The translations under genes were made by a program, and so were the position numbers. A DNA stretch of 64,000 bases from Nautiliaceae bacterium (GTDB lineage Bacteria > Campylobacterota > Campylobacteria > Campylobacterales > Nautiliaceae), in contig JBDONT010000043.1 in NCBI GenBank assembly GCA_039831155.1, positions 64,001-128,000 of the forward strand, in the 5' to 3' direction. The notes under the pieces are model-generated. The model was not told where the DNA came from. It saw only the letters and a program-made list of their open reading frames with translations, and did no database searches. The first letter of the stretch is position 1. Every line of letters starts with the position of its first letter. Positions 30,542-42,227 of this stretch are shown here, piece after piece.

Positions 30542-31969
30542 ATGAGTAAATATGAAGTTGTAATAGGTTTAGAGGTTCACGTTCAGTTAAATACGAAAAC
30601 AAAAATCTTTTGTAACTGTGCTACGAGTTTTGGGGATAAACCAAATTCAAATACGTGTCCTACGTGTCTTGGGCTTCCGGGAGCTTTACCGGTACTTAAT
30701 AAAGAAGCGGTAAAAAAAGCCGTAATGTTTGGAAAAGCGGTAAATGCCGAAATTAATAAAAAATCAATTTTCGCCAGAAAAAACTATTTTTATCCGGACC
30801 TTCCAAAAGGGTATCAAATTTCTCAATTTGAAATACCTATTGTCGGAAAAGGGAGTTTAACAATAGAAGTAGACGGTAAAACTAAAGAAATAGGAATTAC
30901 AAGAGCCCACCTTGAAGAGGATGCAGGTAAAAACATTCACGACGGGGAAGTTAGTAAAGTTGATTTAAACAGAGCCGGAACGCCTTTACTTGAAATTGTA
31001 AGTGAACCGGATATGAGAAGCAGTGATGAGGCTATTGCGTATCTTAAAAAACTTCATTCAATCGTAAAATATTTAGGGATTAGTGATGCCAATATGCAAG
31101 AGGGCTCATTTAGATGTGACGCAAACGTATCCGTTAGACCAAAAGGTCAAAAGGAGTTCGGTACAAGAGTTGAGATTAAAAATATAAACTCATTTAGATT
31201 TATTAAACAAGCGATTGAATATGAAATTGAAAGACATATTGAAGCTTACGAATATGACGAATATGAAGAAGAGGTAGTACAAGAGACTAGACTTTTTGAT
31301 TCTAAAACGGGTGAAACTAGAAGTATGAGAGGAAAAGAAGAATCGGCTGATTACAGATATTTCCCAGACCCGGATTTATTGCCTCTTGTTGTGCCGGATG
31401 AGTTTTTTGATATTGAAATTCCGGAGCTTCCGGATGAGAAAAAAGAGAGATACATAAAAGAATACGGACTTAAAGAATACGATGCCGGAGTTCTTACAAG
31501 TGAACCGGAACTTGCTAGATATTTTGAAGATTTAGTAGAAAAAGGGTGTGAGCCGGTAATGGCTAATAACTGGCTTGCAGTTGAGCTTTTGGGAAGACTA
31601 AATAAAGCCGGTATTTCTATTGAAAATTCACCGGTAAGCAGTGAAAAACTTGCTAAACTAATTGAAAGAATTAAAGATTCTACAATCAGTGGTGCAGGTG
31701 GTAAAAAGGTTCTTGATTTATTAATGGAAGAGGATATTGAAGTTGACATGGCTATTGAAAAACTCGGACTTAAACAGGTAAGTGATGAGAGTGCAATTGA
31801 AAAGATGGTTGATGAAGTTTTAAGTGCAAATGAAGATAAAGTGGCTGAATACAAAGCGGGAAAAGAGAAATTATTCGGTTTCTTTGTCGGTCAGGTTATG
31901 AAAGCTAGTCGTGGAAAAGCAAACCCTCAAGTGGTTAATAAAATTTTAAAGAGCAAATTAAGTGATTAA
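30542..31969 (+). CDS. gatB: Asp/Glu-tRNA amidotransferase subunit B
   Basis: [36 protein letters not shown]. Confidence 0.98.
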   Translation: MSKYEVVIGLEVHVQLNTKTKIFCNCATSFGDKPNSNTCPTCLGLPGALPVLNKEAVKKAVMFGKAVNAEINKKSIFARKNYFYPDLPKGYQISQFEIPIVGKGSLTIEVDGKTKEIGITRAHLEEDAGKNIHDGEVSKVDLNRAGTPLLEIVSEPDMRSSDEAIAYLKKLHSIVKYLGISDANMQEGSFRCDANVSVRPKGQKEFGTRVEIKNINSFRFIKQAIEYEIERHIEAYEYDEYEEEVVQETRLFDSKTGETRSMRGKEESADYRYFPDPDLLPLVVPDEFFDIEIPELPDEKKERYIKEYGLKEYDAGVLTSEPELARYFEDLVEKGCEPVMANNWLAVELLGRLNKAGISIENSPVSSEKLAKLIERIKDSTISGAGGKKVLDLLMEEDIEVDMAIEKLGLKQVSDESAIEKMVDEVLSANEDKVAEYKAGKEKLFGFFVGQVMKASRGKANPQVVNKILKSKLSD

Positions 31970-33590
31970 AAAGTTTTTTTACTATTTAAAAACTACAACC
32001 GTTAGTGAAGCCGTTGTAAAAATTTTAGTCGCTTTTGCTTTTTATTTGGATTCAGCCGTTAGATATCAAAAGGTTAAGACCTTTTTTAAACGTTTGATGA
32101 ACGATGATGATTATCTGCCAAAAAAAGCGTTTGATTTTTTTATGCTTTTTTTGGTTATAAGCAGTGTAGGGATTTTGCTTTATGATATTAAACACGAATT
32201 GAATCCTTGGATAGAAAATTTCGATTTTTATTTTGTTACGATTATTTTTGCCATTGAATATATTATCAGGCTTTGGGTTTATAATGATGTTCATAAAATA
32301 ATTTTAGAAGAGTATGAAGAGTCTACCTTTTTGGAAAGACCCTTTTTACTTAAAAAAGTTTTAAAAAAAATCCTATTAAAGAAATGGGAATATATTAAAT
32401 CCCCTTTTGCGATTATAGACTTTTTGGCTATTTTACCAGGATTTAGGTCTCTTAGAATTCTTAGGATTTTTGTAATTTTTAGGCTTTTTAAAGTTTTACG
32501 ATATACAAAAAGCATTAATACGTTTTTGGAAGTTTTAGCTAGTAAAAAATTCGAACTTACGATATTACTGTTGGCAGTAGGGTTTGTGACTTTCATAGGT
32601 GGTGCTGTTATTTATGTTTTTGAAGCCCACGTAAATGAAAAGATAGATACGATTTTTGATGCAGTTTATTGGTCTTTAATTACTATTTCAACCGTAGGTT
32701 ATGGTGATATCACCCCCGTAACGGAAGAGGGTAAAATCCTTACTATGATTTTGATTATAGTAGGGATTGGATTTATTTCGTTTTCAACTTCTATTATAGC
32801 TTCCGCTTTTACGGAAAAACTAGAAGAATTGAAAGCCGATAGGGTATTTAGAATTATTAAAAATATGAACGATATTTATTTGATTTGCGGTTATTCGAAT
32901 GAGGCTGAAATTTTATGCGAGAGGTTTAAAAAGGATAATTTAAATTTTGTAGTTGTGGATATGGATGAGGAAAAAGTTAATGAAGCCATATTGAAAGGTT
33001 ATATAGCCCTAAAAGGCGATATTACTCAAAAAAGCTTTTTGCAAGTTTTGGATTTTTCGAAAATTTCAAAAATATTTGTTTTGACAAACAACGATATAAG
33101 TAACGCTTTTATAGTACTTAGTGTAAAAGCATTTAGCAAAGGAGCTGAAATTATAGCTCTTGCTAATGATGAGAGAAACGTTAGTAAAATAAAAAAAGCC
33201 GGAGCAACTTACGTAGTAGTACCTTCTACCGTAACGGCACTTTTAACGGCAGAGTATATAGGTAACCCTATAACGTTTGAAGTAATAGACGCTATTCTTA
33301 CCGAAAGAAGAAACGCTATTATTGATGAGATTATAGTAATTAAAGATTCCATTTTAGACGGTAAACTGGTGGGTGATATCGATTTTGACAAGTATAAAAT
33401 TATTCTTTTTGGAGTTTTGAAGAAAAAAGAATCCTCTCTTTTAAACGAGACTTTACAGATTGAAAAGGGACACTTTTACTTTAACCCTCCTTTTGATTTA
33501 AAATTTGAAGAGGGGGATATTTTAGTAGTAATGGGGTATAGTGTGAGTGTTAATTATTTCAAATATCAGATAGAAAAGAGTAGTATATGA
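31962..33590 (+). CDS. 6-TM potassium channel with RCK/TrkA domains
   Basis: Selectivity filter TVGYGD, S4-like [18 protein letters not shown]-terminal TrkA-N and TrkA-C. Confidence 0.92.
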   Translation: MIKKFFYYLKTTTVSEAVVKILVAFAFYLDSAVRYQKVKTFFKRLMNDDDYLPKKAFDFFMLFLVISSVGILLYDIKHELNPWIENFDFYFVTIIFAIEYIIRLWVYNDVHKIILEEYEESTFLERPFLLKKVLKKILLKKWEYIKSPFAIIDFLAILPGFRSLRILRIFVIFRLFKVLRYTKSINTFLEVLASKKFELTILLLAVGFVTFIGGAVIYVFEAHVNEKIDTIFDAVYWSLITISTVGYGDITPVTEEGKILTMILIIVGIGFISFSTSIIASAFTEKLEELKADRVFRIIKNMNDIYLICGYSNEAEILCERFKKDNLNFVVVDMDEEKVNEAILKGYIALKGDITQKSFLQVLDFSKISKIFVLTNNDISNAFIVLSVKAFSKGAEIIALANDERNVSKIKKAGATYVVVPSTVTALLTAEYIGNPITFEVIDAILTERRNAIIDEIIVIKDSILDGKLVGDIDFDKYKIILFGVLKKKESSLLNETLQIEKGHFYFNPPFDLKFEEGDILVVMGYSVSVNYFKYQIEKSSI

Positions 33591-34273
33591 GAATAGCGAT
33601 TTTTGGGTTTGATGATTTCGGAGAGAGAGTTGCCAGGTTTTTAAATAAAAAAGATACAATTATCGTTGTTTTAGACGAGAAAGAAGAGGCGAGGGCTAGA
33701 GAAAAGCTTTATGATGTGGTTAAACTTCACAATATAGACGATGATGAAATAAAAAAAATAGATGAGTTTGATATAGCTATTGCAGTTTTGCACGATGAAG
33801 ATAAAAATCTGTTTTTATGTTTAACTCTTAGGGATTTGTATCCTCAAAAAAGAATTATCGCAAAAGTTGCGAATAAAGATAACGAATATAAATATAAATT
33901 AGCAGGAGTTAATAAACTTATCAATCCTTATGAGGTTACTGCTAATAGAATTATGACTATTTTAAAAAAGCCGCTTACTTTAAAAGTTATTGAAGAGATT
34001 ATTTTTCAAGATAACAGATTATCGTTTGCTGAAATTGTAATTCCTAAAAACTCTTTTTTAGACGGGAAATTTATTAAAGATGTTTTTAAAGATATTTCGT
34101 CTTTGTATAATCTTTTGATTATAGGAATGGTCGATAAAGAACTTTCCGAAAACGTTCAGTTTGTTACAAAAGGGTATAATCACAAAATAGACGCAGGAGA
34201 TGTGTTGATTGTTGTTGGGGATAAAGATGAGATAGAGAGATTTAAAGATGATTTAAATATCGTTAAAGGATAA
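33587..34273 (+). CDS. TrkA-N/TrkA-C (RCK) regulatory protein
   Basis: IFGFDDFG Rossmann start, DEDKNL, AGVNKLINPY; coupled to the channel gene. Confidence 0.85.
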   Translation: MRIAIFGFDDFGERVARFLNKKDTIIVVLDEKEEARAREKLYDVVKLHNIDDDEIKKIDEFDIAIAVLHDEDKNLFLCLTLRDLYPQKRIIAKVANKDNEYKYKLAGVNKLINPYEVTANRIMTILKKPLTLKVIEEIIFQDNRLSFAEIVIPKNSFLDGKFIKDVFKDISSLYNLLIIGMVDKELSENVQFVTKGYNHKIDAGDVLIVVGDKDEIERFKDDLNIVKG

Positions 34274-34276
34274 AAA

Positions 34277-35158
34277 ATGATAGGTATTATTGGAGCCGGT
34301 GCGTGGGGAAGTGCTCTTTTTTACGCTTTAAAAGAGAAAAATGAGTGTTTGATTACTTCTAGAAAAAGAAGAGATATTAAAGAGTTTGTAAGTTTAGAGG
34401 AAGTTTTAAAAAGCGAATATATAGTTATCTCAATTGCTGCTCAAGCTATTAGGGAATTTTTAAAAAAAGTGGATTTAAAAGATAAAAAAATTTTAGTGGC
34501 AAGTAAAGGGATAGACAATAAAGAGTTGAAATTTATAAATGAGCTTTTTGAGGAGTATGTAAGCAAAGATAATTTGGCATTTTTATCCGGTCCTTCATTT
34601 GCTAAAGAAGTTAGAGAAAAAAAACCGACAGCCCTTGTAGTTGCTTCTAAAAATATCAATCTAGCAGAAAAATTTGCCTCTTTTTTTCCTTCTTATTTAA
34701 AAATGTATACTTCTTTGGATGTTGAGGGGGTTGAGGTTGCCGGTGCTTATAAAAACGTAATAGCTATTGCAAGTGGAGTTTGTGAAGGGCTAAACCTTGG
34801 AAACAACGCAAAAGCCGCACTTCTTGCAAGGGGACTTGTGGAAATGGATAGATTTGGAGAAAAGTTCGGTGCTAAAAAAGATACGTTTTTAGGAGTGGCC
34901 GGAAGTGGGGATTTGTTTTTGACGGCAAATTCTACAATGAGCAGAAACTATAGAGTAGGGCTTAATTTGGCTAAAGGTAAGCTTCTTGAAGATATATTAA
35001 CAGAACTTGGCGAAGTTGCCGAAGGTGTTTATACAACAAAAGCGATTTATGAGATAGCTAAAAGAAAAAATATCTACACTCCGATTGCAAACGAAGTTTA
35101 TAGAATTATTTATGAGGGTAAAAACCCTCAAGAAAGCTTAAAAGATTTATTAAATTAA
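34277..35158 (+). CDS. gpsA: NAD(P)H-dependent glycerol-3-phosphate dehydrogenase
   Basis: GAGAWG, SKG, SGPSFA, KNVIAIA, GDLFLT, SRN, EGV. Confidence 0.97.
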   Translation: MIGIIGAGAWGSALFYALKEKNECLITSRKRRDIKEFVSLEEVLKSEYIVISIAAQAIREFLKKVDLKDKKILVASKGIDNKELKFINELFEEYVSKDNLAFLSGPSFAKEVREKKPTALVVASKNINLAEKFASFFPSYLKMYTSLDVEGVEVAGAYKNVIAIASGVCEGLNLGNNAKAALLARGLVEMDRFGEKFGAKKDTFLGVAGSGDLFLTANSTMSRNYRVGLNLAKGKLLEDILTELGEVAEGVYTTKAIYEIAKRKNIYTPIANEVYRIIYEGKNPQESLKDLLN

Positions 35159-35280
35159 TCTTCTTTTTTTGCAGGTTGTACTTTAGTTTTTGCTCCAAGA
35201 GCGATTGAAAGCATCATTCCTGTTGCAATTACACACATTGCGATTGCAACGAATCCACCGAATGGTCCAGCGAAATCCAT
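35155..35280 (-). CDS. Small (41 aa) single-pass membrane protein, absent from the ORF track
   Basis: AGGAG-5nt-ATG; MDFAGPFGGFVAIAMCVIATGMMLSIALGAKTKVQPAKKED; TGcTATAAT upstream. Confidence 0.8.
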   Translation of the reverse strand: MDFAGPFGGFVAIAMCVIATGMMLSIALGAKTKVQPAKKED

Positions 35281-35371
35281 AATTTCTCCTTTTTTGGTTT
35301 TGATTATTATAGCAAATTATGTGAATATGTGAATAAGTTTTGATAAAATTTTCTTAAAAAAAGAAGAAAAG

Positions 35372-36109
35372 ATGAGACTTGATTTGTATTTGGTAACAAA
35401 CGGCTATACATTTAGCAGAAACAAAGCCCAGGAACTTATAAAGAAAAGTTATGTAAAAGTTAATGAAAAAACAATTAAAAAACCTTCGTTTATGGTAGAA
35501 CAAGATGATAAAGTAGAGGTTTTAAAAGCTCAAGAGTATGTATCAAGAGCCGCTTATAAGCTTAAAAACTACCTGGATAAATACAGTCTCTCTTTTGAAA
35601 ATAAAAATGTGCTTGATATAGGTTCAAGTACAGGTGGATTTACTCAAGTTGCTTTGGAAAAAGGGGCTAAAAAGGTTGTTTCGGTAGATGTGGGAAATAA
35701 TCAGCTTCATTTTTCTTTAAGAGACAATCCTAAAATAGAGGTTTTTGAAAATACGGATATAAGAGACTTTCAATATCCTAAGAAGTTTGATATAGTAGTA
35801 AGCGACGTTAGTTTTATTTCATTACTTAAAATTTTGGATAAAATAGATTCTTTAATTGAAAAAGGGGAGATTATTTTGCTTTTTAAGCCTCAATTTGAGG
35901 TCGGGCGTGAAGTAAAAAGAGATAAAAGAGGAGTCGTAACCGATAAAGAAGTTATAAAAAAAGCAAGAAGTAATTTTGAAAAAGAGACAAAAAAACTTAA
36001 TTGGAAACTTTTAAGAAGTGAAGAGTCTAGTATAAAAGGAAAAGAGGGAAATATCGAGTATATTTACCATTTCGTAAAGGAAAATAATGATAAAAAGATA
36101 TCCGACTAA
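35372..36109 (+). CDS. tlyA: TlyA-family rRNA (cytidine-2'-O)-methyltransferase
   Basis: S4 domain; [36 protein letters not shown]. Confidence 0.95.
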   Translation: MRLDLYLVTNGYTFSRNKAQELIKKSYVKVNEKTIKKPSFMVEQDDKVEVLKAQEYVSRAAYKLKNYLDKYSLSFENKNVLDIGSSTGGFTQVALEKGAKKVVSVDVGNNQLHFSLRDNPKIEVFENTDIRDFQYPKKFDIVVSDVSFISLLKILDKIDSLIEKGEIILLFKPQFEVGREVKRDKRGVVTDKEVIKKARSNFEKETKKLNWKLLRSEESSIKGKEGNIEYIYHFVKENNDKKISD

Positions 36110-37139
36110 AAAAATAAAAGTAGCAAATGTGGAAATTGGAGGAGACGCTCCTATTTCCGTGCAGTCTATGACATACTCTAAAACAAAAGATATTAAAAAC
36201 ACTTTAAATCAAATAAACGAACTCTATTTTGCAGGGGCTGATATAGTAAGAGTTGCCGTTTTGGATGAGGATGATGCAAACGCTTTAAAAGAGATTAAAG
36301 AAAAATCTCCTCTTCCTATAATTGCCGATATTCATTTTAACTATCGTTTAGGGTTAAAAGCTGCGGAAGTGGTTGACGGGCTTAGGATTAATCCCGGTAA
36401 TATCGGAGGGAAAGAGAGAATAAAAGCTATTGTGGATGTATGTAAGGCAAGAGGAATTCCTATAAGAATAGGGGTAAATGCCGGGTCTTTAGAAGAACAT
36501 CTTGAAAACAGATACGGACAAACTCCAAAGGCTATGGTTGAGTCTGCTCTTTGGCATATTAAGTTTTTAGAGGATTTGGATTTTACGGATATAAAAGTTT
36601 CTTTAAAAGCAAGTGACGTTCAAAGAACGGTTAAGGCGTATAGAATGCTTAGACCTCTTGTTGAGTATCCTTTTCATTTAGGGGTTACGGAAGCCGGTAC
36701 GAAATTTCACGCCACTATTAAATCGGCAGCAGCTTTTGGGGCACTTTTGCTTGATGGGATAGGAGATACGCTTAGGGTTTCCATTACCGGGGAACTTGAA
36801 GAAGAAATTAGAGTCGGGAAGGCTGTTTTAAAAGATTTGGGGCTTTTAAAAGAGGGGGTTAATATCATTTCTTGTCCTACTTGTGGAAGGATTGAGGTTG
36901 ATTTGCCACCTATTGTAGAAGCAGTTGAAAAGGCTGCTAAAGATATTAAAAAACCTTTAAACCTTGCCGTAATGGGTTGTGTGGTAAATGCTATAGGAGA
37001 AGCAAAAGAAGCGGATTTGGCTATAGCTTGTGGTAAAGGGTATGGGCTTATTATAAAAAAAGGTGAAGTTATAGGTAAGTATAAAGAAGATGAGCTGCTT
37101 GAAAGATTTTTGGAAGAAGTTAAAAAGGAGAGCGAATGA
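36087..37139 (+). CDS. ispG: HMBPP synthase
   Basis: VQSMT, ADIHF, RINPGN, CPTCGR, MGCVVN. Confidence 0.97.
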   Translation: MIKRYPTKKIKVANVEIGGDAPISVQSMTYSKTKDIKNTLNQINELYFAGADIVRVAVLDEDDANALKEIKEKSPLPIIADIHFNYRLGLKAAEVVDGLRINPGNIGGKERIKAIVDVCKARGIPIRIGVNAGSLEEHLENRYGQTPKAMVESALWHIKFLEDLDFTDIKVSLKASDVQRTVKAYRMLRPLVEYPFHLGVTEAGTKFHATIKSAAAFGALLLDGIGDTLRVSITGELEEEIRVGKAVLKDLGLLKEGVNIISCPTCGRIEVDLPPIVEAVEKAAKDIKKPLNLAVMGCVVNAIGEAKEADLAIACGKGYGLIIKKGEVIGKYKEDELLERFLEEVKKESE

Positions 37140-37435
37140 ATTCAGCAGGTTTGATAACGGTTGTAGTTTTAGGTGTGGCTTCTATGGCTTTTATTTTTAT
37201 GTTTTTAATTTTAAGGGAAGTTGAGGTAAATGAAGAGAGAATCGCTAAAATTTTGGGTAAAGATTTGGAAAAAATAAAAAAGGCAAAAGATGATGAAGAG
37301 TTAAAAGAGATTATAAGGTCTTTACCTAAAAATAAAAGAACAAAATTAAAAACTCTTTTTGAATCTCAAGATATAAGAGTAGCCGTTAATGAAATTAAAA
37401 AACATATCCTAAAAGTTAATCCTCCGGAAAATTAA
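37136..37435 (+). CDS. Hypothetical membrane-anchored protein
   Basis: SD AAGGAG, ATGA coupling to ispG, N-terminal TM helix. Confidence 0.7.
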   Translation: MNSAGLITVVVLGVASMAFIFMFLILREVEVNEERIAKILGKDLEKIKKAKDDEELKEIIRSLPKNKRTKLKTLFESQDIRVAVNEIKKHILKVNPPEN

Positions 37436-37670
37436 TACGTAAATTAGGATCTGCTAGTACCTCATCGATAATAATTTCCAAATCTTCTTTTGCTTCTTTT
37501 AGGATGTTGAATTTGCCTTCGTTTTCAGATAAAATAACACCTATCTCAATAGGATTGTTTGAAGCTTTAAGCTCTTCTATTAGTTGTTCATCGTCTGTTT
37601 GAATGTATAGGCTTTTGTATTGCAGAGTCGCTATGGAATCTTTAAACGGATACGTGATTTTAATAATCAT
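37416..37670 (-). CDS. Hypothetical protein
   Basis: 84 aa ORF with SD AAGG, divergent from dnaB. Confidence 0.65.
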   Translation of the reverse strand: MIIKITYPFKDSIATLQYKSLYIQTDDEQLIEELKASNNPIEIGVILSENEGKFNILKEAKEDLEIIIDEVLADPNLRINFPED

Positions 37671-37713
37671 AAAAAACCTTTTTTTTATAATTTTAGCATA
37701 AAAGGAAAAAATT

Positions 37714-39114
37714 GTGGAACTTTATAATCTTGATATAGAAAGAGGAGTGCTTAGTGCCATACTTTTTGACGGAAAAGTTTATGAGGATGTCGCTTCTATT
37801 TTAAAGCCTCAAGACTTTTATCTGCCTTTTCATCAATACGTGTTTGAGGCGATGGAGGAACTTTATAAAAAAGATTATCCTATAGATGAAGTTTTTTTAA
37901 GGGATTTTTTAACTAAACAAAACAGATTTGATGAAGAGTTGTTTTTGGAAATTTTAGGAACAGCTCCTATAGAAGCCGTTGAAGCGTATGCAAAAGAGAT
38001 AAAAGATTTGGCCGTAAAAAGAGAACTTATTCATCTTTCAAATGAAATAAAAAAAATAGTTCTGGAAGAAGATAAAAGGGCTATTGAAGAGGTTGAAGAG
38101 ATTCAAGGGAAACTTTTTGCAATAGCCACTTCAAATTTGGCGGGGGATTTTAAAAACTCTTTTTCCATTGTTACGAAAACTTTAGAGTATATTGAAGAGC
38201 AGAAAAAGAAAAAAAACCAAATAGTAACAGGGCTTGATACCGGGTTTAGCGAACTTAATAGAATGACTAGCGGATTTGGAGAGGGGGATTTGATAATTAT
38301 TGCAGCAAGACCTAGTATGGGTAAAACGGCGTTTGCACTAAACTTAGCTTTAAACGTATTAAAACAAGACAAGGGTGTGGCTATATTTTCTCTTGAAATG
38401 CCGGCAGAACAGCTTATGCTAAGAATGCTTAGTGCCGCCGGGAATATCCCTTTGCAGGATTTAAGAAGGGGGAATTTGTCTCCGGAGGAGTGGAGCAAAC
38501 TTAGCGAACTTGCAGATGAGTTTAGCCAAAAGCCTCTTTTTGTGGATGATGAAGGGAATGTAAATATTCATACTATAAGAGCTAAACTTAGAAAACTAAA
38601 AATGCAAAATCCTAATTTGTCTTTGGCTATAATAGACTATTTGCAGCTAATCTCTTCGGACCAAAGAGAGAGGCATTTGGCTATTGCGGAAATTAGTAGA
38701 AGTTTAAAACTTTTAGCAAGAGAACTTCAAATTCCTATAATAGCACTTTCGCAGTTAAACCGGTCGCTTGAGAGTAGACCGAATAAGCGTCCTATGTTAA
38801 GTGACTTAAGAGAATCCGGTGCAATCGAACAAGACGCCGATATCATTATGTTTATTTATAGAGACGATGTGTATAAAGCTATGGAAGCCAGACAGAAACA
38901 AAAAGAAGCACTTGAAAAAGGAAAAGCCGTTGAGGTTAATTTTCAGGAAAAAGAAGTGGAAGATGCTGAAATAATTATAGGAAAACAAAGAAATGGACCT
39001 ACCGGAACGGTTGAGATGCTGTTTCATAAAAAATATACTCTGTTTACTGATAAATACAGTGAAGTTAAAGAGATTCAAATGAATGAAGCAGAAATAGAAC
39101 TTCCGCCTATTTAA
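37714..39114 (+). CDS. dnaB: Replicative DNA helicase
   Basis: AARPSMGKT, FSLEM, IDYLQL, LSQLNR, DLRESGAIEQDAD, KQRNGPTG. Confidence 0.98.
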   Translation: MELYNLDIERGVLSAILFDGKVYEDVASILKPQDFYLPFHQYVFEAMEELYKKDYPIDEVFLRDFLTKQNRFDEELFLEILGTAPIEAVEAYAKEIKDLAVKRELIHLSNEIKKIVLEEDKRAIEEVEEIQGKLFAIATSNLAGDFKNSFSIVTKTLEYIEEQKKKKNQIVTGLDTGFSELNRMTSGFGEGDLIIIAARPSMGKTAFALNLALNVLKQDKGVAIFSLEMPAEQLMLRMLSAAGNIPLQDLRRGNLSPEEWSKLSELADEFSQKPLFVDDEGNVNIHTIRAKLRKLKMQNPNLSLAIIDYLQLISSDQRERHLAIAEISRSLKLLARELQIPIIALSQLNRSLESRPNKRPMLSDLRESGAIEQDADIIMFIYRDDVYKAMEARQKQKEALEKGKAVEVNFQEKEVEDAEIIIGKQRNGPTGTVEMLFHKKYTLFTDKYSEVKEIQMNEAEIELPPI

Positions 39115-40304
39115 TGAAAAAGGTAGTTGCTTTAATAGGGGTTTTAATTGTTTTTAGGGTTTTTGTCTCTTTTTTGGGGTATTTGGAGTTTAAATCTCAT
39201 AAAGTATTGGAAATTAACGCTAAAGTGGTAAATCAATATAAAAAGAAAAACCATTGGGTCTTAAAACTCAAAAACACTACCCTCTCTTTTTATACCACTT
39301 CAAAAGACAACTTAAAAAACCTCTTAAACGATAACGTAAAACTTGATATTATTACTTCAAAAGTCTCTTTTTTTGATTATCTTTTTACGTTTTACGCTCC
39401 CGGTTTTAATTTAAAGCTTTTACCTTTAAGTGAAGTTCAAATTTATATCGCTTCTCAACATAAAGATGAAAAACTCTCAAACCTTTTTAGGGCGTTGTTT
39501 TTGGGTGAAAGTATGGATTATAAGACTAAAAATGAATTAAGTACTCTTGGAATTTCTCATCTTTTTGCTTTAAGTGGACTTCATTTAGGGTTTATTTCTA
39601 TGTTTTTGTATTTTATTCTTTTGCCCGTTTATAAGATTTTTCATTCTAAATTCCCTTATAGAAACAGGTTTTTTGATTTGGGGGTGGTTGTTTTGGTGAT
39701 TGAGTTTTTGTATCTTTATTTTACTTCTTTTCCCCCTTCTTTGGTTAGAGCTTTTGTTTTGGAAGTTGTTGTTTTTTTATATATGGTGTATTTAAAAAAG
39801 CCTCTTTCGCTGGAAATTTTATTAACGGTTATTGTTATTTCTTTTATTGTTTTTGGTTTTAAGGTGTTTTTTTTGGGGTATTTTTTGAGTATTTTAGGGG
39901 TTTTTTATATTTATCTTTTTTTTAACCATTTTAAATTCGGATTTTTAAGTTCCGTTTTGCTTAGTTTTTATATGTTTTTAGTGATGTTTGTGATATCTCA
40001 TACGTTTTTTTGTAATTTTAATATGTACCAGCTTTTTTCGCCTTTTGTAAATATAGCTTTTTCACTCTTTTATCCTTTGGAGGTGCTTTTGCATTTTATG
40101 GGGTTTGGAGGTGTTTTTGATGAGGTTATTAAGAGTTATCTTTTACTGGGGGATAAGTTTGTTTGTATTAAGTTTCCTTTGATTTTCGGAGTTTTGTTTA
40201 TTTTGGTTAGTTTTTGGGCTTTTTTCTCAAAAAGAGTTTTTTTTGGTATAAATTTAATATCATTAATAGCAATATTTTATGCAATAGGAGAGAGTGTTGG
40301 ATAA
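39114..40304 (+). CDS. comEC: ComEC/Rec2 competence channel (short form)
   Basis: GISHLFALSGLHLG, PSLVRA; multi-TM. Confidence 0.9.
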   Translation: MKKVVALIGVLIVFRVFVSFLGYLEFKSHKVLEINAKVVNQYKKKNHWVLKLKNTTLSFYTTSKDNLKNLLNDNVKLDIITSKVSFFDYLFTFYAPGFNLKLLPLSEVQIYIASQHKDEKLSNLFRALFLGESMDYKTKNELSTLGISHLFALSGLHLGFISMFLYFILLPVYKIFHSKFPYRNRFFDLGVVVLVIEFLYLYFTSFPPSLVRAFVLEVVVFLYMVYLKKPLSLEILLTVIVISFIVFGFKVFFLGYFLSILGVFYIYLFFNHFKFGFLSSVLLSFYMFLVMFVISHTFFCNFNMYQLFSPFVNIAFSLFYPLEVLLHFMGFGGVFDEVIKSYLLLGDKFVCIKFPLIFGVLFILVSFWAFFSKRVFFGINLISLIAIFYAIGESVG

Positions 40305-42219
40305 GTTTAAAGACGTAAAAGAGTATGCGAATTATTTTAAAGAGTTGGTGGAAAAGGAAAGAATTGCCGAAAAAGAGTTTCATTTAAACGAAATTAAGCG
40401 TTTAAGTGGAGTTGAGAGACAAAAAAGAGGAAGAGCCGTCCTTGGGCTTAGGATGAAATTTGTAGGAGAGTTTTTAGATTTTAAGATTTATAAATTTAAC
40501 AGAAACAATATGCCAGAACATCAAATAAAAGTTGGCGATATCGTTTTGGTTAGTAAAGGCGAGCCTTTAAAATTTGCTAAAGAAGCAACGGTTAGCGGGG
40601 TTGGTAAGAATTTTATAGAAGTTTATTCAAAAGAGCCGATTTTCCGTTCTAAACTCTATAGGCTGGATTTATTTGTAAACGATATAACCTTTAAAAGAAT
40701 GATAAAAGCCCTAGAGAATGTGAAAAACGGAAACGTTCAAAACGACACGGATATTTTAATAGGTAAAAAACCACCTAAAATTGAAAAAGTGGAAGTAACA
40801 TCGGAAGTTTTAAACGAATCTCAAAATGTAGCCTTAAGAAAATCTATAAATTCGGATCTCTTTTTAATTCACGGGCCCCCGGGTACGGGAAAAACTACAA
40901 CTTTGGCCGAAGTTATAAAAAAACACATAGGAAAAAAACTTTTAGTTGCGGCAGACAGTAACGTAGCCGTTGATAATCTTCTTGAAAAGCTTAAAGACTA
41001 TAACGTAGTAAGAATAGGTCATCCGGCAAAAATGGATTCTAAACTTATGAAATACTCTTTAGATGTTAAAATAAGACGCGATAAAAGATATAAAGAAATT
41101 GAAAAGATTATTAAAAAAATCGACAATTTGAAATATCTTCAGGATAAAAAATATAAAAAACCGACTCCCGGAAGACGCAGAGGTTTAAGTGATGAAGAAA
41201 TTTTAAAATACGCTAAAGAAAACAGAAGTGCTAGGGGAGTTTTAAGAGAGTGGATGAAGGAGATGGCAGAGTGGATTAAAATTCAGAAAAACATCAATAA
41301 ACTTTATGACGAAAAGAATAAAAAAACAGAAATTATTATGAATGATATTTTGGATAAGGCAGAAATTATTTTCGCTACCAATTCTGCTTGTGGGGGAGAG
41401 TTTTTGGAAAATAGAACGTTTGATGTAGTTTTTATCGACGAAGCGGCTCAAGCTATGGAACCTAGCACCCTTATACCTTATACAAAGGCAAAAAGAGTTG
41501 TTTTTGCCGGTGACCATAAGCAGTTGCCACCTACTATTTTGAGTAATGACGAAAGATTGAAAATCAGTATGTTTGAGAGGTTTAGTGCCATTTATCCGTC
41601 TGCTATGCATACGCTGGGGGTTCAATACAGAATGAATAAAAAAATAAACGATTTTCCAAGTTGCGAATTTTATGATTGTAAGGTAAAAACCGATAAAAGC
41701 GTGGAGAATATAACTATTTTGGATTTGGGTATTAATATTGAAGATTACGGAAAAGAAGAGCCTTTGGTGTTTATAGATACGTGTGGGAAGTTTTTGGAAA
41801 AAAGCAAAAAAGATTCACCCTCAAAATATAACCCTTTAGAAGCCGAATTTGTAAAAGAGATGATTAAAAAGTTTTTGGAAAAAGGAAAAGAGGAGTTTAT
41901 AGGGGTTATTACTCCTTATAAAGACCACGAAGAGTATATAAAAACCATTCTTGAAAAAGAGAATATAAAAGATGTGGAAGTAAAAAGCGTTGACGGATTT
42001 CAGGGAAGAGAAAAAGAGATTATAATATTAAGCCTTGTAAGGGCAAATTCAAAAGAAGAGATAGGGTTTTTAAACGATATAAGACGTTTAAACGTAGCTA
42101 TTACAAGAGCTAAAAGAAAGTTGATTATCGTAGGGGATGCTAAAACGTTGAGCAGTAATAAAACGTATATGAATTTGATACAATATGTAAAAAATAACGG
42201 CTTTTATGAGCAGATTTAA
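40294..42219 (+). CDS. IGHMBP2/DNA2-NAM7-type superfamily 1 helicase
   Basis: LNESQ, GPPGTGKT, DEAAQ, GDHKQLPP, QYRM, VDGFQGREK, RLNVAITRAK. Confidence 0.93.
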   Translation: MLDKFKDVKEYANYFKELVEKERIAEKEFHLNEIKRLSGVERQKRGRAVLGLRMKFVGEFLDFKIYKFNRNNMPEHQIKVGDIVLVSKGEPLKFAKEATVSGVGKNFIEVYSKEPIFRSKLYRLDLFVNDITFKRMIKALENVKNGNVQNDTDILIGKKPPKIEKVEVTSEVLNESQNVALRKSINSDLFLIHGPPGTGKTTTLAEVIKKHIGKKLLVAADSNVAVDNLLEKLKDYNVVRIGHPAKMDSKLMKYSLDVKIRRDKRYKEIEKIIKKIDNLKYLQDKKYKKPTPGRRRGLSDEEILKYAKENRSARGVLREWMKEMAEWIKIQKNINKLYDEKNKKTEIIMNDILDKAEIIFATNSACGGEFLENRTFDVVFIDEAAQAMEPSTLIPYTKAKRVVFAGDHKQLPPTILSNDERLKISMFERFSAIYPSAMHTLGVQYRMNKKINDFPSCEFYDCKVKTDKSVENITILDLGINIEDYGKEEPLVFIDTCGKFLEKSKKDSPSKYNPLEAEFVKEMIKKFLEKGKEEFIGVITPYKDHEEYIKTILEKENIKDVEVKSVDGFQGREKEIIILSLVRANSKEEIGFLNDIRRLNVAITRAKRKLIIVGDAKTLSSNKTYMNLIQYVKNNGFYEQI

Positions 42220-42227
42220 GGATAAAA

